DNA from: Verrucomicrobiota bacterium
GTDB taxonomy: Bacteria > Verrucomicrobiota > Kiritimatiellia > RFP12 > UBA1067
Direction: 5' to 3'
Assembly (NCBI GenBank): GCA_022704125.1
Contig: JAKJHA010000002.1
Coordinates: 1 to 37,880 of the forward strand
DNA: 37,880 nt
Position 1 is the stretch's first letter. Each line of letters starts with the position of its first letter. A program made the position numbers and the translations under genes. Below, piece after piece: positions 25,585 to 34,699 of the stretch. The notes beneath the pieces were generated by a model. It was not told the origin of the DNA. It did no database searches and saw only the letters and a list, made by a program, of their open reading frames with translations.

Positions 25585-27364
25585 ACCTGACGTAGACCAG
25601 CGTCCCTTTTCTCCAGTGGTTCAGGCTGCGCTCGTTCGTGTGCCAGCTGTAGATGTGCCTGCCCCTGTGGTCCACGACATTGACGACTACGTTGCCACCG
25701 GTGCCCTTTACGAAACGGATATATGTCTTGCGACCCGTCTTCCGGTCTTTCCAGATTTCATGCGGCTTTTCCACCGTTGCCTTCGCCTGATCCATCTCGG
25801 CCAAACGTTTCTTGATCTCGCTTGGCTTCCTGTCCGGTTTCAGCAAGTGCTTGAGCGTCACGGCGTCAAATGCCAGCGTTTCACCGATTGGATTATCGAC
25901 ACTCTCACCGGCGGCGATGCGTGCTCTGGCATCGTCTGCCGATACAAGCGGCTCGCGGTCGTCGGCCTTCATGGCCTCCCCCTTTTCGAGCCCCATCGAT
26001 TTCCAGTCGCCGGTCTTCCCTACCATCTGTTTCGGTGTTGGTGTCGGCGTCTGTTTCGGCTCCGGCTTCGGCTTCGGTTTCGGTTTTGCCGCCGGTTGCG
26101 GAACCGGTGGATGGGGTGTGTCGCCTCCACTCTTGGACAGCCCGAGCACCCGCAGGATGTCGTCGGCGCTTGGGTCGCGCGGTGTCAAAATCCGCCCCTT
26201 GTAGACCGTCCCCGGCTGCTCCTTGTTCCGCGCCTTCTCAAACTTGGGGATGCCGCGCTCCCTGATCGCGTCGAGCTGCTCCGGCGTGAGGCGCCGCGCG
26301 GCCTTCGCCGCCTCGTCCGAGAAGGTGCCGCTGCGGATGGCGCGCTCCAGCCGGTCGGCGGTCACGGCGCGCCTGGCGTCCTCGGCGCTCATCCCCTCGG
26401 CCGTGTAGCGCGCCTCGTCGATCTTGTCGCGCTGCCTCTGCATGAATTCGCGGTCCGCCATCTGGGCGGCCGAGGGCTTGCCGAGCTTGGACTGCCGCTC
26501 GATCTCGGCGGCGTCGATCAGGCTGTCCACGGGCAGCGGGCGGTGGACGCAGTTGGGGTGGAACATGCCGGCGGCGCGCGCCTCTTCGTAGGTCGGCCAC
26601 TGCCTGGACTTGCCCGTCATTAGGATGATGCGCCCTTCCCACGCCGCGCACACCGGGCATTCGCCGTCGCCGACCCGGTTGATCTGCGCCAGTTTGAAGC
26701 CGTGGGCGGCGAGGGTGTCGATCTCGCTCTCGATGGCCGCGCGCTGCGCCGTGGTGCGCACCAGCATCTGGAGGTAGCGCGCGCCCTCCCACTGGCGCCC
26801 GGCGCGGTCGGTGAAGCGGTACGCGTCGTCGTCGTCGGCGAGCTCGTCCCAGCGGTCGCGCAGCGCCTTCTGCATCTCGTTGGCGGACAGCCCCTCGACG
26901 GCGCCGCGCCGGAACACGTCCACGACGGCGAACCGCAGCGAGGACACCGCCTTGGACGTCATCTGGTCGGTGAACACGGCGGCGAGGCTGCGCTCGTTGC
27001 TGGGGTGGATGATCTTGAAGTAGCGCTCGGCGCGCCCGGGGTCGTACGCCGCGAGTTTCGCGCGCGACGGCGGCATGTCGGCCAGCGCCGCCTCATGCCC
27101 GGCTTTCGCGGCGTACTCGGTCAGTTCCTTGATGTGCGCGTCGATGCCTTCGGCCAGCTCCCTGTACTTCTCTTCGATCTCGGCGTACAGTTCCTCGCGT
27201 TCCTTCGCGCTCGATGCCGTCTTTGCCTGCGCCGCGGCCAGCGCGATCATCGCGCGTACTTCTTTGCGGGCGCGTTTCAGTTCGCGCATGAGATCGGCCA
27301 CCGTACGCGTCTGATACGCGCGTAGCTTTCTGAGAGGGGGCGGGAGGTTAGACGGCGCTGCCAT
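25583..27364 (-). CDS. MuF / SPP1-gp7 family minor head protein with P/K-rich linker and C-terminal PBECR-like nuclease-toxin domain
   Basis: ATG 27364 lies 2 nt after the upstream stop. MuF signature 'CPVCAAWEGRII....MFHPNCVHRPLPV'. Linker 'PQPAAKPKPKPKPEPKQTPTPTPK'. The C-terminal about 110 aa, 'LKHLLKPD...PHEIWKD..KTYIRFVK..VVVNVV..IYSWHTN...WRKGTLVYV', resembles the phage Barnase-EndoU-ColicinE5/D-RelE-like pattern. Confidence 0.75.
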   Translation of the reverse strand: MAAPSNLPPPLRKLRAYQTRTVADLMRELKRARKEVRAMIALAAAQAKTASSAKEREELYAEIEEKYRELAEGIDAHIKELTEYAAKAGHEAALADMPPSRAKLAAYDPGRAERYFKIIHPSNERSLAAVFTDQMTSKAVSSLRFAVVDVFRRGAVEGLSANEMQKALRDRWDELADDDDAYRFTDRAGRQWEGARYLQMLVRTTAQRAAIESEIDTLAAHGFKLAQINRVGDGECPVCAAWEGRIILMTGKSRQWPTYEEARAAGMFHPNCVHRPLPVDSLIDAAEIERQSKLGKPSAAQMADREFMQRQRDKIDEARYTAEGMSAEDARRAVTADRLERAIRSGTFSDEAAKAARRLTPEQLDAIRERGIPKFEKARNKEQPGTVYKGRILTPRDPSADDILRVLGLSKSGGDTPHPPVPQPAAKPKPKPKPEPKQTPTPTPKQMVGKTGDWKSMGLEKGEAMKADDREPLVSADDARARIAAGESVDNPIGETLAFDAVTLKHLLKPDRKPSEIKKRLAEMDQAKATVEKPHEIWKDRKTGRKTYIRFVKGTGGNVVVNVVDHRGRHIYSWHTNERSLNHWRKGTLVYVR

Positions 27365-27366
27365 GA

Positions 27367-27753
27367 TCACCCCCTGATCACCGCGCCGCCGGTCATCCCC
27401 AGCCACCGCAATGCCTCGGGTGCGTACACCGATGCGCTTGTGCCGCGCACGTCATCCGTGTCCGGGCGTCCGGTCAAGACCGGCACAGGGTCGTTGCCGT
27501 CGGCGTCGGCCACCTGCCCGTTCTCCAGCATCCACAACGCCTGTTCGTACACGGCGTACTCGTCGCGCGTCCGGTCGCCCTCTTTGTAGGCCGGTTCGTT
27601 CTCGTCCATCGGGCGGCCGAGGCCGCGCGCCAACACGCGCCGCGCCGCCGCGATCGCGCCTGTCCTGTGCGCCTGTCCGAACGCCGACCACACGGCCGCC
27701 TTGTGGTGGTTCTCTGAACCGAAATAGATTTGCGCTCTGTCGAAAGAAATCAT
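27367..27753 (-). CDS. Head-tail connector (gp6-like) candidate
   Basis: ATG 27753. 128 aa. Assigned by position and size. Confidence 0.45.
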   Translation of the reverse strand: MISFDRAQIYFGSENHHKAAVWSAFGQAHRTGAIAAARRVLARGLGRPMDENEPAYKEGDRTRDEYAVYEQALWMLENGQVADADGNDPVPVLTGRPDTDDVRGTSASVYAPEALRWLGMTGGAVIRG

Positions 27754-27829
27754 GGTGCCTCACAAAAAAGCCGCCCCGTCACGGGGGGTCCCATGCCGGA
27801 GCGGCGCGTTCATTGGGGAGTTAATTTGG

Positions 27830-28054
27830 TTACCCGCGCTTCTTGCCCGTCGGCGCGGATTTCTCCGCGTCCGGATCAGGGTTCGTTTTATCCCCGCCGG
27901 GCGGGGGGATGGGTGGCTTGTCGCCGTCGGCAGCGAGCTGCTTCGGCAGAACGGCGGCAACGGCTTTCGCAAGCGCCGCGTCTGCCCGGTTGCGCGCCGC
28001 CTGGCAGTGCGACCGGTAGAGTGAGAGTGTGTCGTTGGGTTTCTTCTCAGCCAT
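27830..28054 (-). CDS. Small hypothetical protein (74 aa, P/K/A-rich)
   Basis: ATG 28054 preceded by AGGAGG. Confidence 0.55.
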   Translation of the reverse strand: MAEKKPNDTLSLYRSHCQAARNRADAALAKAVAAVLPKQLAADGDKPPIPPPGGDKTNPDPDAEKSAPTGKKRG

Positions 28055-28063
28055 GGAAGCCTC

Positions 28064-28483
28064 CTATTTTCGAGATCCGTACAGTTCGCCGACCACCTGC
28101 AAAGCGCCGTTGGTCGCCGTGCTAAAGATCACGCTCACCGGTTCGCCGGGGTAGCAGTACTGCGTGAACAGCGACGCGAGGTTCGTGCTCACCGCTCCGG
28201 ACGTGAGCGAGATCGCGCCGGCCGTGTTGGTCTGCACCGTGCCGTCGGCCCGCTGGTGCAGCCAGCGGACGGTCACCGTCCCGTTGTCGGGATAGGCCGC
28301 GTCCACGTTCAGCCAGATCGGGCGCGAGGTGTACCGTTGCGACAGCGTGAAACTCACGACCTTGTTGGTCGGGATCAGCTTGTCGTTGCATACTACGTCG
28401 CTTGCCGCCGGTGCTGCTACCACCGTGTTCACGTAGCCCGCGACGGCCACAAGAAACGCCAGAATCAGGAACATCTTTTTCAT
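28064..28483 (-). CDS. Small exported beta-rich protein (Sec signal peptide) in the head-decoration position
   Basis: ATG 28483. Signal peptide MKKMFLILAFLVAVAGYVNTVVA|AP. 139 aa. Immediately downstream of the capsid gene. Confidence 0.65.
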   Translation of the reverse strand: MKKMFLILAFLVAVAGYVNTVVAAPAASDVVCNDKLIPTNKVVSFTLSQRYTSRPIWLNVDAAYPDNGTVTVRWLHQRADGTVQTNTAGAISLTSGAVSTNLASLFTQYCYPGEPVSVIFSTATNGALQVVGELYGSRK

Positions 28484-28552
28484 ACAATTCGTCTCCGTTG
28501 GAGTGAGAAAAGCGGGGCGCGTCCGGAATTGGCAGACGCCGCCCCGTGCGGA

Positions 28553-29545
28553 TTACGACGCCGCGAGCTTGCAGCGCAGCTTGACGACGCGGATTTCCTT
28601 CTTGTCGTACACACGCGACCAGTTGGCGCCATCGGCCAGCTCCGCGTTAGTGGGCGTCGCGCCCGCAGGCACCCCCTGAGCCGGATTCCATTTAATGCCG
28701 CGCAGGTGCGAAATCCACGCCTGCCGCGAAACAACCAGATCCGTGCTTGAGAGCGGAGAGCGTCCAACCTCGAACGGTCTTCGCGACGGCACGGGGTTCA
28801 ACGCGACGGCGCCTGCGCCGAACAGGTAGATGTCGGCGACCTTGGTGGTCGGGTTGTAGGGGCATCCGTCGTCCATCACGATCTTGCGGCCGTTGTAGGT
28901 GGGCAGCGTGGCCGGAGAATCGGCCGGCTTGAACAGGTTGCCGGTATTGCCGACGTTCAAGGCCGTTTCGCACATCGAGTGCATCGCGATCGCCGTCAAA
29001 CCGCCCTTGGCGTCGCCAAGCAGTTGAGCCGCATACAACAGCGTGTCTTTCGACAGCAGCGCGTCATCTCCGGTTTCGCCGCTGATGTCGAGCACAAGGT
29101 CGCTGTCGTTTTCGGCGACGTTGTTCGCGAACACACCCGTCAACTGGGCGAACAGCGCTTTCTGGCGGCGGCGGTTCCAATAGTTGGCGAGTTTGTCGGC
29201 GAGGGTTTTCATGGGATCGTCGCCGGCGATCTCGACCGCCAGGTCTGTGACGCCCCATGCCTTGCTGCGGCGCAGGATGACCGCCACGTCCTGCCCGGCG
29301 GTCAGCGGGCTGACGCCGATATCCTCTCCGTCTGGAGTCACTTCGTCGTCGCCGTCGAGCGCGTTCCAGAACGGCAGGTTTACCGTCTTGCCTCCAAATC
29401 CGGCCTCGGCGCACAACGCCGCGATGCGCGTGTCGACCGCCGCGATGCCGGATTGCACCAGCGCCGAAAGCTCGGTGACGGCGCGGTGGAAATACAACGC
29501 GAATGCGTTGTTGAATACAATGTCCTGTAGTACTGTTGCAGCCAT
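28553..29545 (-). CDS. Major capsid protein candidate
   Basis: ATG 29545 preceded by AAGGAG. 330 aa. Follows a coiled-coil scaffold gene. A possible weak hairpin lies after the stop (28513-28546). Confidence 0.65.
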   Translation of the reverse strand: MAATVLQDIVFNNAFALYFHRAVTELSALVQSGIAAVDTRIAALCAEAGFGGKTVNLPFWNALDGDDEVTPDGEDIGVSPLTAGQDVAVILRRSKAWGVTDLAVEIAGDDPMKTLADKLANYWNRRRQKALFAQLTGVFANNVAENDSDLVLDISGETGDDALLSKDTLLYAAQLLGDAKGGLTAIAMHSMCETALNVGNTGNLFKPADSPATLPTYNGRKIVMDDGCPYNPTTKVADIYLFGAGAVALNPVPSRRPFEVGRSPLSSTDLVVSRQAWISHLRGIKWNPAQGVPAGATPTNAELADGANWSRVYDKKEIRVVKLRCKLAAS

Positions 29546-29559
29546 AAAGACCTGCTCCT

Positions 29560-30252
29560 TTACTCAAGTTTGACGCCGGCCTCGGCTGCGAGTGCGCGCG
29601 CCTTGTCCGGGTCTTTTTCGAGCAGCGTGACCTGCTCGCTCAGATTGAACGTGTCCTTTGCCCACGGGTTTTTGCCCGACTTGTCGCTGTTCGCCGGGTC
29701 GCCGGGATTCACGCCGCTGCCGTTGCCGGGGGCAGTGATGATGCCGGGGTTCTCGGTCTTGAACTTGTCGAGCGCGCCCTTGAGCGCCTCTTGGTTGGTG
29801 ATGTCGATTCCGGAGAGTGTCGCCTCCAGCATCTGGTAGAACAGTGTCTCGGATACGGTTTTCGGGGCGAGCGCGATGCCCGCGGCCTTCGCCGCGTCGC
29901 GGATGGTCTGCGACCGCTGAACGGCTGCCGCCTTCTGCTCGGCGTCCGCCTTGGCCTTCTCCAAACCCTCGATCTTCGCCTTGAGTTCGGCGAACTCGGC
30001 GTCGCGTTTCTGGTCGGCGGTCATCTGCGATTTCTTCGCTTCGTCATCCGCCTTCTTCGCCTCTTCGGCCTTCTTTTTCAGCTCGGCGTTTTCCGCCTTC
30101 AGCGCCGCCGCTTCCTCTTCGGCCTTGCGCCGGGCGGCCGCCGCCGCATCGTTCTTTTCCTTGTCGGGATCGTACGTTTTCAGGAAAGCTTTCTCAGCGT
30201 CCGTGAGTTCCTCTCCCTTGGCAAGTTTGGCGAGAATGTCCTTGATGTTCAT
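29560..30252 (-). CDS. Scaffolding protein candidate
   Basis: 230 aa, A/E/K-rich coiled coil ('AAARRKAEEEAAALKAENAELKKKAEEAKKADDEAKK'). Lies between the portal and capsid genes. Confidence 0.6.
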   Translation of the reverse strand: MNIKDILAKLAKGEELTDAEKAFLKTYDPDKEKNDAAAAARRKAEEEAAALKAENAELKKKAEEAKKADDEAKKSQMTADQKRDAEFAELKAKIEGLEKAKADAEQKAAAVQRSQTIRDAAKAAGIALAPKTVSETLFYQMLEATLSGIDITNQEALKGALDKFKTENPGIITAPGNGSGVNPGDPANSDKSGKNPWAKDTFNLSEQVTLLEKDPDKARALAAEAGVKLE

Positions 30253-30351
30253 GAGTTTCTGCTCTCCGTTGTCGCGCGGAATACGCCGCGTCGTTTCACC
30301 GCAGTAGACACGCCCTGCGGAGCCGGCGATTGGGTAATGATGGCCTGTGCG

Positions 30352-31872
30352 TCAAAAATCGAGGCCGCCAACGTCGGCTTCCACGGACTGCTCTTCTGTG
30401 ATGTCCTTGATCTCCGAACGCGCCTGCTCGATAAGGTCCTGATCGTACCCGCCGCGCTCGGAGATGATCCGGAGCGCTGCCAGAAGTACGATCTTGCGCA
30501 TGCTCAGCGTGATATCCGGCAGATTGCCGATCATGGCGATCGCCGCGCTGTCGGACTCCACATCCACCACGTCAAACGATGTCGGCCATACCGGAGTGTA
30601 CTTCGCGAACGTCGGGTCAACCTTCAGCGTGATTTCCACCAGGCGTTCCTCTGCCGCCTGCATGATGATGGCGCGGTGCTTCAGCGTCGATTCAGTGTCA
30701 AGCTGGTCAAACTGTTTGCTCTCCGCCGTCTGAATCTGCCGCGTCTCTTTGTTGAACAGCGACAGGCCAACCATATCGAACAGCAGCGCCCGCTTGCGCT
30801 GCAGCTCGTCAGGGATCGTTTTCTGGTCGCTCGCAGCGGGCATGATGAACCGCGTCACTCCCGCCTCTTCCGCCGACTCGACAATCGGCGCGTCGAGCCC
30901 GCGGACGATCTCTTTGACCAGCTCGACGATCTTTTCGCCGTTCGATGCGCCGACGCGTTCGATTAACTTTGACTGCAAAGAATCCAGCATGCCGGTCGGG
31001 ATCACAAGCTGCGGGAAAACCGTTCTGACTAGGTTCTCAAAATGCAAGCTGTCGAGGTTCAGCAGTTGCGCCTGGATCGACTCAACATCATCGAACCACC
31101 ACGGGGCTTCGTCCGGCTGCCCGACCAGTACGAACGGCAAGCCGTCGCCGATGACGGCCACCGTGTCGCCGATCTGGACGCTTTCGCCGTCCTTGCCCGA
31201 ACGGTACTGCGTCACCCGGTACCCGCCCGCCGTCCGCTCCCACAGCGTGCGCAGCTTGTACGTTTCCGCCTCAACTTTCGGGTCATCGTTCACATACTGC
31301 TCGCCCTCGGTGATCACCCACTGCAGCCTGCCAGCCGAGTCAAACGACCAGTCCGGAACGGATAAGCTCGGCCACGCCGTCCACCGCACTTGGTCGCTGT
31401 CGCGCTGCTTCTCAAGCAGTGTGCGCTGCCGCATCTCCCCCGTGATCGGGTCCTTGATCTGCCCGAGCCGGTCCACCTGTAGCCACACCCACTGCCCGGC
31501 GGTCAGTAACTCCGAAACATCCACCCAGAAGCTGCCGACGCTCTGCCCGCGCCCGGTCACGTCCTTGCCCCACGCATCGTCGATGCCGGTCCTGTCCGCG
31601 TGAGTCTTGAACAGATACTGCGTGATTTTGGAGACCACCCGGCCGGCGTCGTTGATCATCGCCGCGCGTTGCTTCCGCCCGACGCTCACGAACACCTGCT
31701 TGCCGCCCTCTGAACGCGTGCCCGCCCACGACAGTTCAGACTCGTTCGGCGCGCGCCACAGCCGCAGATCGATGTACGGCTGTCCGCCTCTCCACGCTGC
31801 GATGTTCCGCGCGATCTGTTCGCGTCGCGCCGCAAGGATGCGGTGTACCCGTGTGCTGATGATGTTGCTCAT
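30352..31872 (-). CDS. Portal protein
   Basis: 506 aa, immediately downstream of TerL. N-terminal pattern 'RAAMINDAGRVVSKITQYLFK' resembles the DUF4055-type portal family. Confidence 0.7.
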   Translation of the reverse strand: MSNIISTRVHRILAARREQIARNIAAWRGGQPYIDLRLWRAPNESELSWAGTRSEGGKQVFVSVGRKQRAAMINDAGRVVSKITQYLFKTHADRTGIDDAWGKDVTGRGQSVGSFWVDVSELLTAGQWVWLQVDRLGQIKDPITGEMRQRTLLEKQRDSDQVRWTAWPSLSVPDWSFDSAGRLQWVITEGEQYVNDDPKVEAETYKLRTLWERTAGGYRVTQYRSGKDGESVQIGDTVAVIGDGLPFVLVGQPDEAPWWFDDVESIQAQLLNLDSLHFENLVRTVFPQLVIPTGMLDSLQSKLIERVGASNGEKIVELVKEIVRGLDAPIVESAEEAGVTRFIMPAASDQKTIPDELQRKRALLFDMVGLSLFNKETRQIQTAESKQFDQLDTESTLKHRAIIMQAAEERLVEITLKVDPTFAKYTPVWPTSFDVVDVESDSAAIAMIGNLPDITLSMRKIVLLAALRIISERGGYDQDLIEQARSEIKDITEEQSVEADVGGLDF

Positions 31873-31888
31873 GGCAATGGCCGTGCGG

Positions 31889-33337
31889 TCAAATCAGCAT
31901 CGTCGAGCCAGCCGTTCCCGCCAGCGCATGGAAAATCACCGCCGTTGCGTCGCATGCGTCGTCGTGGGCGCCGTCGGGGAACGCCGCGAACTGCGACCGC
32001 CATTCGTCGAAAAACCTCGCACACCCCGGCATGTACACATGCACGTTGCCGGCCTCGAACACTGGCTCAAGATCGGCCAGCTTCGCCGCTTTGTCTCCCG
32101 GCAGCCTCGACGGGCGCACCGTGCAGACGCCGCGCAACAGGTCGCGCAACTGGGTATACGCGTCTTTGTACGCGCCGAACGCCTCGATGTGCTGCGCCAC
32201 GCCGGGGCCGTCGGCCAGCGCCGTGCTGCGTATCAGCTCGTTGCGCTCGGTCGCCTCGGCTCTGCATGCGGTCATCGATGATATCCACAGCTCGCGGACA
32301 ACCAGTCCCGCGCCCGGATGCGTAGTTCGCACACCGGCGCGAATGCCCCATGTCCAGTCCGGGTCGTCCTTGTCCCGCTCTTTGGCCGACGACGCCAAGT
32401 CCCATCCGCGCCCTTCCCGCAGCTTCGGCCACCCCTTCATGTCGTGGTGGATCACGATCCGATCCGTCGCGAACCGGTTACCGCCCTCGACTATCGGCTC
32501 GCAATCAAGCAACGCGGCCGCCTGTTTTCGCAACGATGCCCGCTGCGCGTCATACCATTCCGGCGAGAACCGCTCCGGGAAAAGATACTCCCATTCGCCC
32601 GGCTTTGTTGCCGGAAAGTTCAACTCTTCAAATCGTGGAAAACTCGGGTCTTCCTCCATCGCCTTCCGTATCCTGCCGCGAAGGTCGTCCACATGCCACG
32701 GTGTCGCGCACACGATCACGATGGACGCAGGCGCGTTCAATCGCGTCATCAAGTCGTTTCTGAAGGCGTCCCACGTCTTGTTTCTAAAGATCGACGACAC
32801 CGCTTCCGCTCTGTTCTTGCAGTAGTCGTCGATCACCAGCAGGTGGGCGCCCTTGCCGGTAACGGCTCCCCCGAATCCCTGCGCGACTACCGTACCGGCA
32901 GACCCCTCCACCTGCCACTCTTCGGCCTTGTTTGAGCCGCGCGCCGGGTGTGCGCCGGGAAACAGCATCTGGTAGCGCGGCCCCTCCATGATCCGCTTCA
33001 CGCGCTTGCTGAACCCGCGCACCAGGCTGATGCCGTACCCGCTCATGATCACATCCGGCTGCCGGTCGGCGTTGCGCCCTAGAAACCACGCCGGAAACGC
33101 CCGACTCACGATGTCAGACTTGCCGTGTCGGAACGGAACCGCGATCAGCAAGAACGTGCTTTTGCCATCCCGCCACTCGTCGCTCGCCCGTGTCAGCCGG
33201 TCGCAGATCGCGCGGGTGTGTCTGCCGACAACCAACGGATGTGGCATCCACCAACACCAGCGCAAAAAAGCCAGCAGACTGCCGCGTGCGAGTCTCCTGG
33301 CCTTCTCCAACTTGGCCTTGCGCTTACTAATCGCCAT
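31889..33337 (-). CDS. terL: Terminase large subunit
   Basis: Walker A-like 'AVPFRHGKSDIVS', Walker B 'HLLVIDDYCKN', C-terminal nuclease motif 'GAHDDACDATA'. 482 aa. Overlaps TerS by 11 nt. Confidence 0.85.
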   Translation of the reverse strand: MAISKRKAKLEKARRLARGSLLAFLRWCWWMPHPLVVGRHTRAICDRLTRASDEWRDGKSTFLLIAVPFRHGKSDIVSRAFPAWFLGRNADRQPDVIMSGYGISLVRGFSKRVKRIMEGPRYQMLFPGAHPARGSNKAEEWQVEGSAGTVVAQGFGGAVTGKGAHLLVIDDYCKNRAEAVSSIFRNKTWDAFRNDLMTRLNAPASIVIVCATPWHVDDLRGRIRKAMEEDPSFPRFEELNFPATKPGEWEYLFPERFSPEWYDAQRASLRKQAAALLDCEPIVEGGNRFATDRIVIHHDMKGWPKLREGRGWDLASSAKERDKDDPDWTWGIRAGVRTTHPGAGLVVRELWISSMTACRAEATERNELIRSTALADGPGVAQHIEAFGAYKDAYTQLRDLLRGVCTVRPSRLPGDKAAKLADLEPVFEAGNVHVYMPGCARFFDEWRSQFAAFPDGAHDDACDATAVIFHALAGTAGSTMLI

Positions 33338-33722
33338 CGATGATCTTGTCCAGCTCCTCGTCAGTCAGTTTTTCAGTTTCTAAATGCTCAATCGGTCCGC
33401 CGTCGCGCCCCGTGACCTCGGTACGCTCGACGTAACCACGATGCTTTCCTTTGCATTTTAGGTAAAAACAGACTGCCCACGATTCGCCATTGTTGATCGC
33501 CTTCGTCAACGCAGCTTCGGCCAGATCGAGGTTCTTGTCAACGATCTCTTGCAACGCCTCCTGTAGCCGCGGCGATGCCTTGACGCGCCGGTAAACGGTC
33601 TTGTAACTGCACCCGAGACGCTGCGCAGCCAACGCAAGAAAACCGCCGGTCGCCCGCAACGCAGCCTCGACCTGCTCGTTGGTGACTCGCATCTGTTTCG
33701 GCACATTGGTCGGAGACTTCAC
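33327..33722 (-). CDS. terS: Terminase small subunit candidate (HTH)
   Basis: HTH 'AAQRLGCSYKTVYRRVK' and 'ESWAVCFYLKCKGKHRGY'. Directly upstream of TerL. GTG 33722 forms a GTGA overlap with the methyltransferase stop. Confidence 0.65.
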   Translation of the reverse strand: MKSPTNVPKQMRVTNEQVEAALRATGGFLALAAQRLGCSYKTVYRRVKASPRLQEALQEIVDKNLDLAEAALTKAINNGESWAVCFYLKCKGKHRGYVERTEVTGRDGGPIEHLETEKLTDEELDKIIDGD

Positions 33723-34699
33723 GGCAGTATCTCCTGTTTGATGTGATCCGCGATCGCTTTCATGAGCAACGGCGGCACACAGTTGCCGATCCGCGCCATC
33801 GCGTCGGATCGCGATCCTGCGAACTGGAAAGAATCAGGAAACGACGACAGCCGCTTGGCTTCGGCGACGGTCAGCTTGCGCTTTTCTGCCCAGTGCATCA
33901 GTCCGGACGCGCCTAGGTTTTCCTCGAACTTGGTCAACGTCGGAGCCGGTCGCGCCGGGTGCAACTTGACGAGCGTGAAATGGTTTTTTCCGGTGATGTC
34001 ATCGCCTGACTGCCCCGGCTCCATGCGATCCCACAGGTTCATGTGCGGGCGTCCCGCCGCATCGGCGATCAGCGCTTGCACCTCATCCGGATCGTTCTGA
34101 ATCCCGACCAGCGCGTCGCCGGCCGTGACGGGGAGCGTCTGCGGCTTCGGCAGTGACGGCGCAATCCCGAGATCCGAACGAACGCCAAGGATGATCACTC
34201 GCTCGCGTGACTGGGGGACGCCGTAATAGCTCGCCACCTTGACCTCTGTGACCGTCTCGTATCCGCACCCCCGCAGCGCCTTCGCGATGTCGGCGTAGAT
34301 GCCGCGCATGCGCCTAGAAATCAACCCGCGCACGTTCTCGAACACGAACACACGGGGCTGTAGTCCCTCGATCAATCGCACGTACTCTCTGAACAGGCTG
34401 TTGCGAGGGTCGCCGACCTCCCGCTTTCCGGCGATTGAGAAACCTTGGCACGGCGGCGATCCATCGAACACGTCCAGTTCACCGCGACCGATGCCAGCCA
34501 GATGCAGACACTCGTCAACCGACAGGTCAGCGATGTCGCCATGGAACACCGGCACATCAGGGAAGTTGAGCCGGAACGTTTCCACGGCGTTCGCGTCCCA
34601 CTCCACGGCCAGCAGTTCGCGGAAACCGGCCATCCGGTAGCCCAGCGCCGAACCGCCGCAACCCGCGAAGGTAGATATGACTGTCGGCCTCTCTGTCAC
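33719..34699 (-). CDS. dcm: DNA (cytosine-5) methyltransferase
   Basis: Motif I 'FAGCGGSALG', motif IV 'GSPPCQGFSIAGK', motif VI 'ENVRGL', motif VIII 'QSRERVIILG', motif X 'GNCVPP'. Confidence 0.93.
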   Translation of the reverse strand: MTERPTVISTFAGCGGSALGYRMAGFRELLAVEWDANAVETFRLNFPDVPVFHGDIADLSVDECLHLAGIGRGELDVFDGSPPCQGFSIAGKREVGDPRNSLFREYVRLIEGLQPRVFVFENVRGLISRRMRGIYADIAKALRGCGYETVTEVKVASYYGVPQSRERVIILGVRSDLGIAPSLPKPQTLPVTAGDALVGIQNDPDEVQALIADAAGRPHMNLWDRMEPGQSGDDITGKNHFTLVKLHPARPAPTLTKFEENLGASGLMHWAEKRKLTVAEAKRLSSFPDSFQFAGSRSDAMARIGNCVPPLLMKAIADHIKQEILP

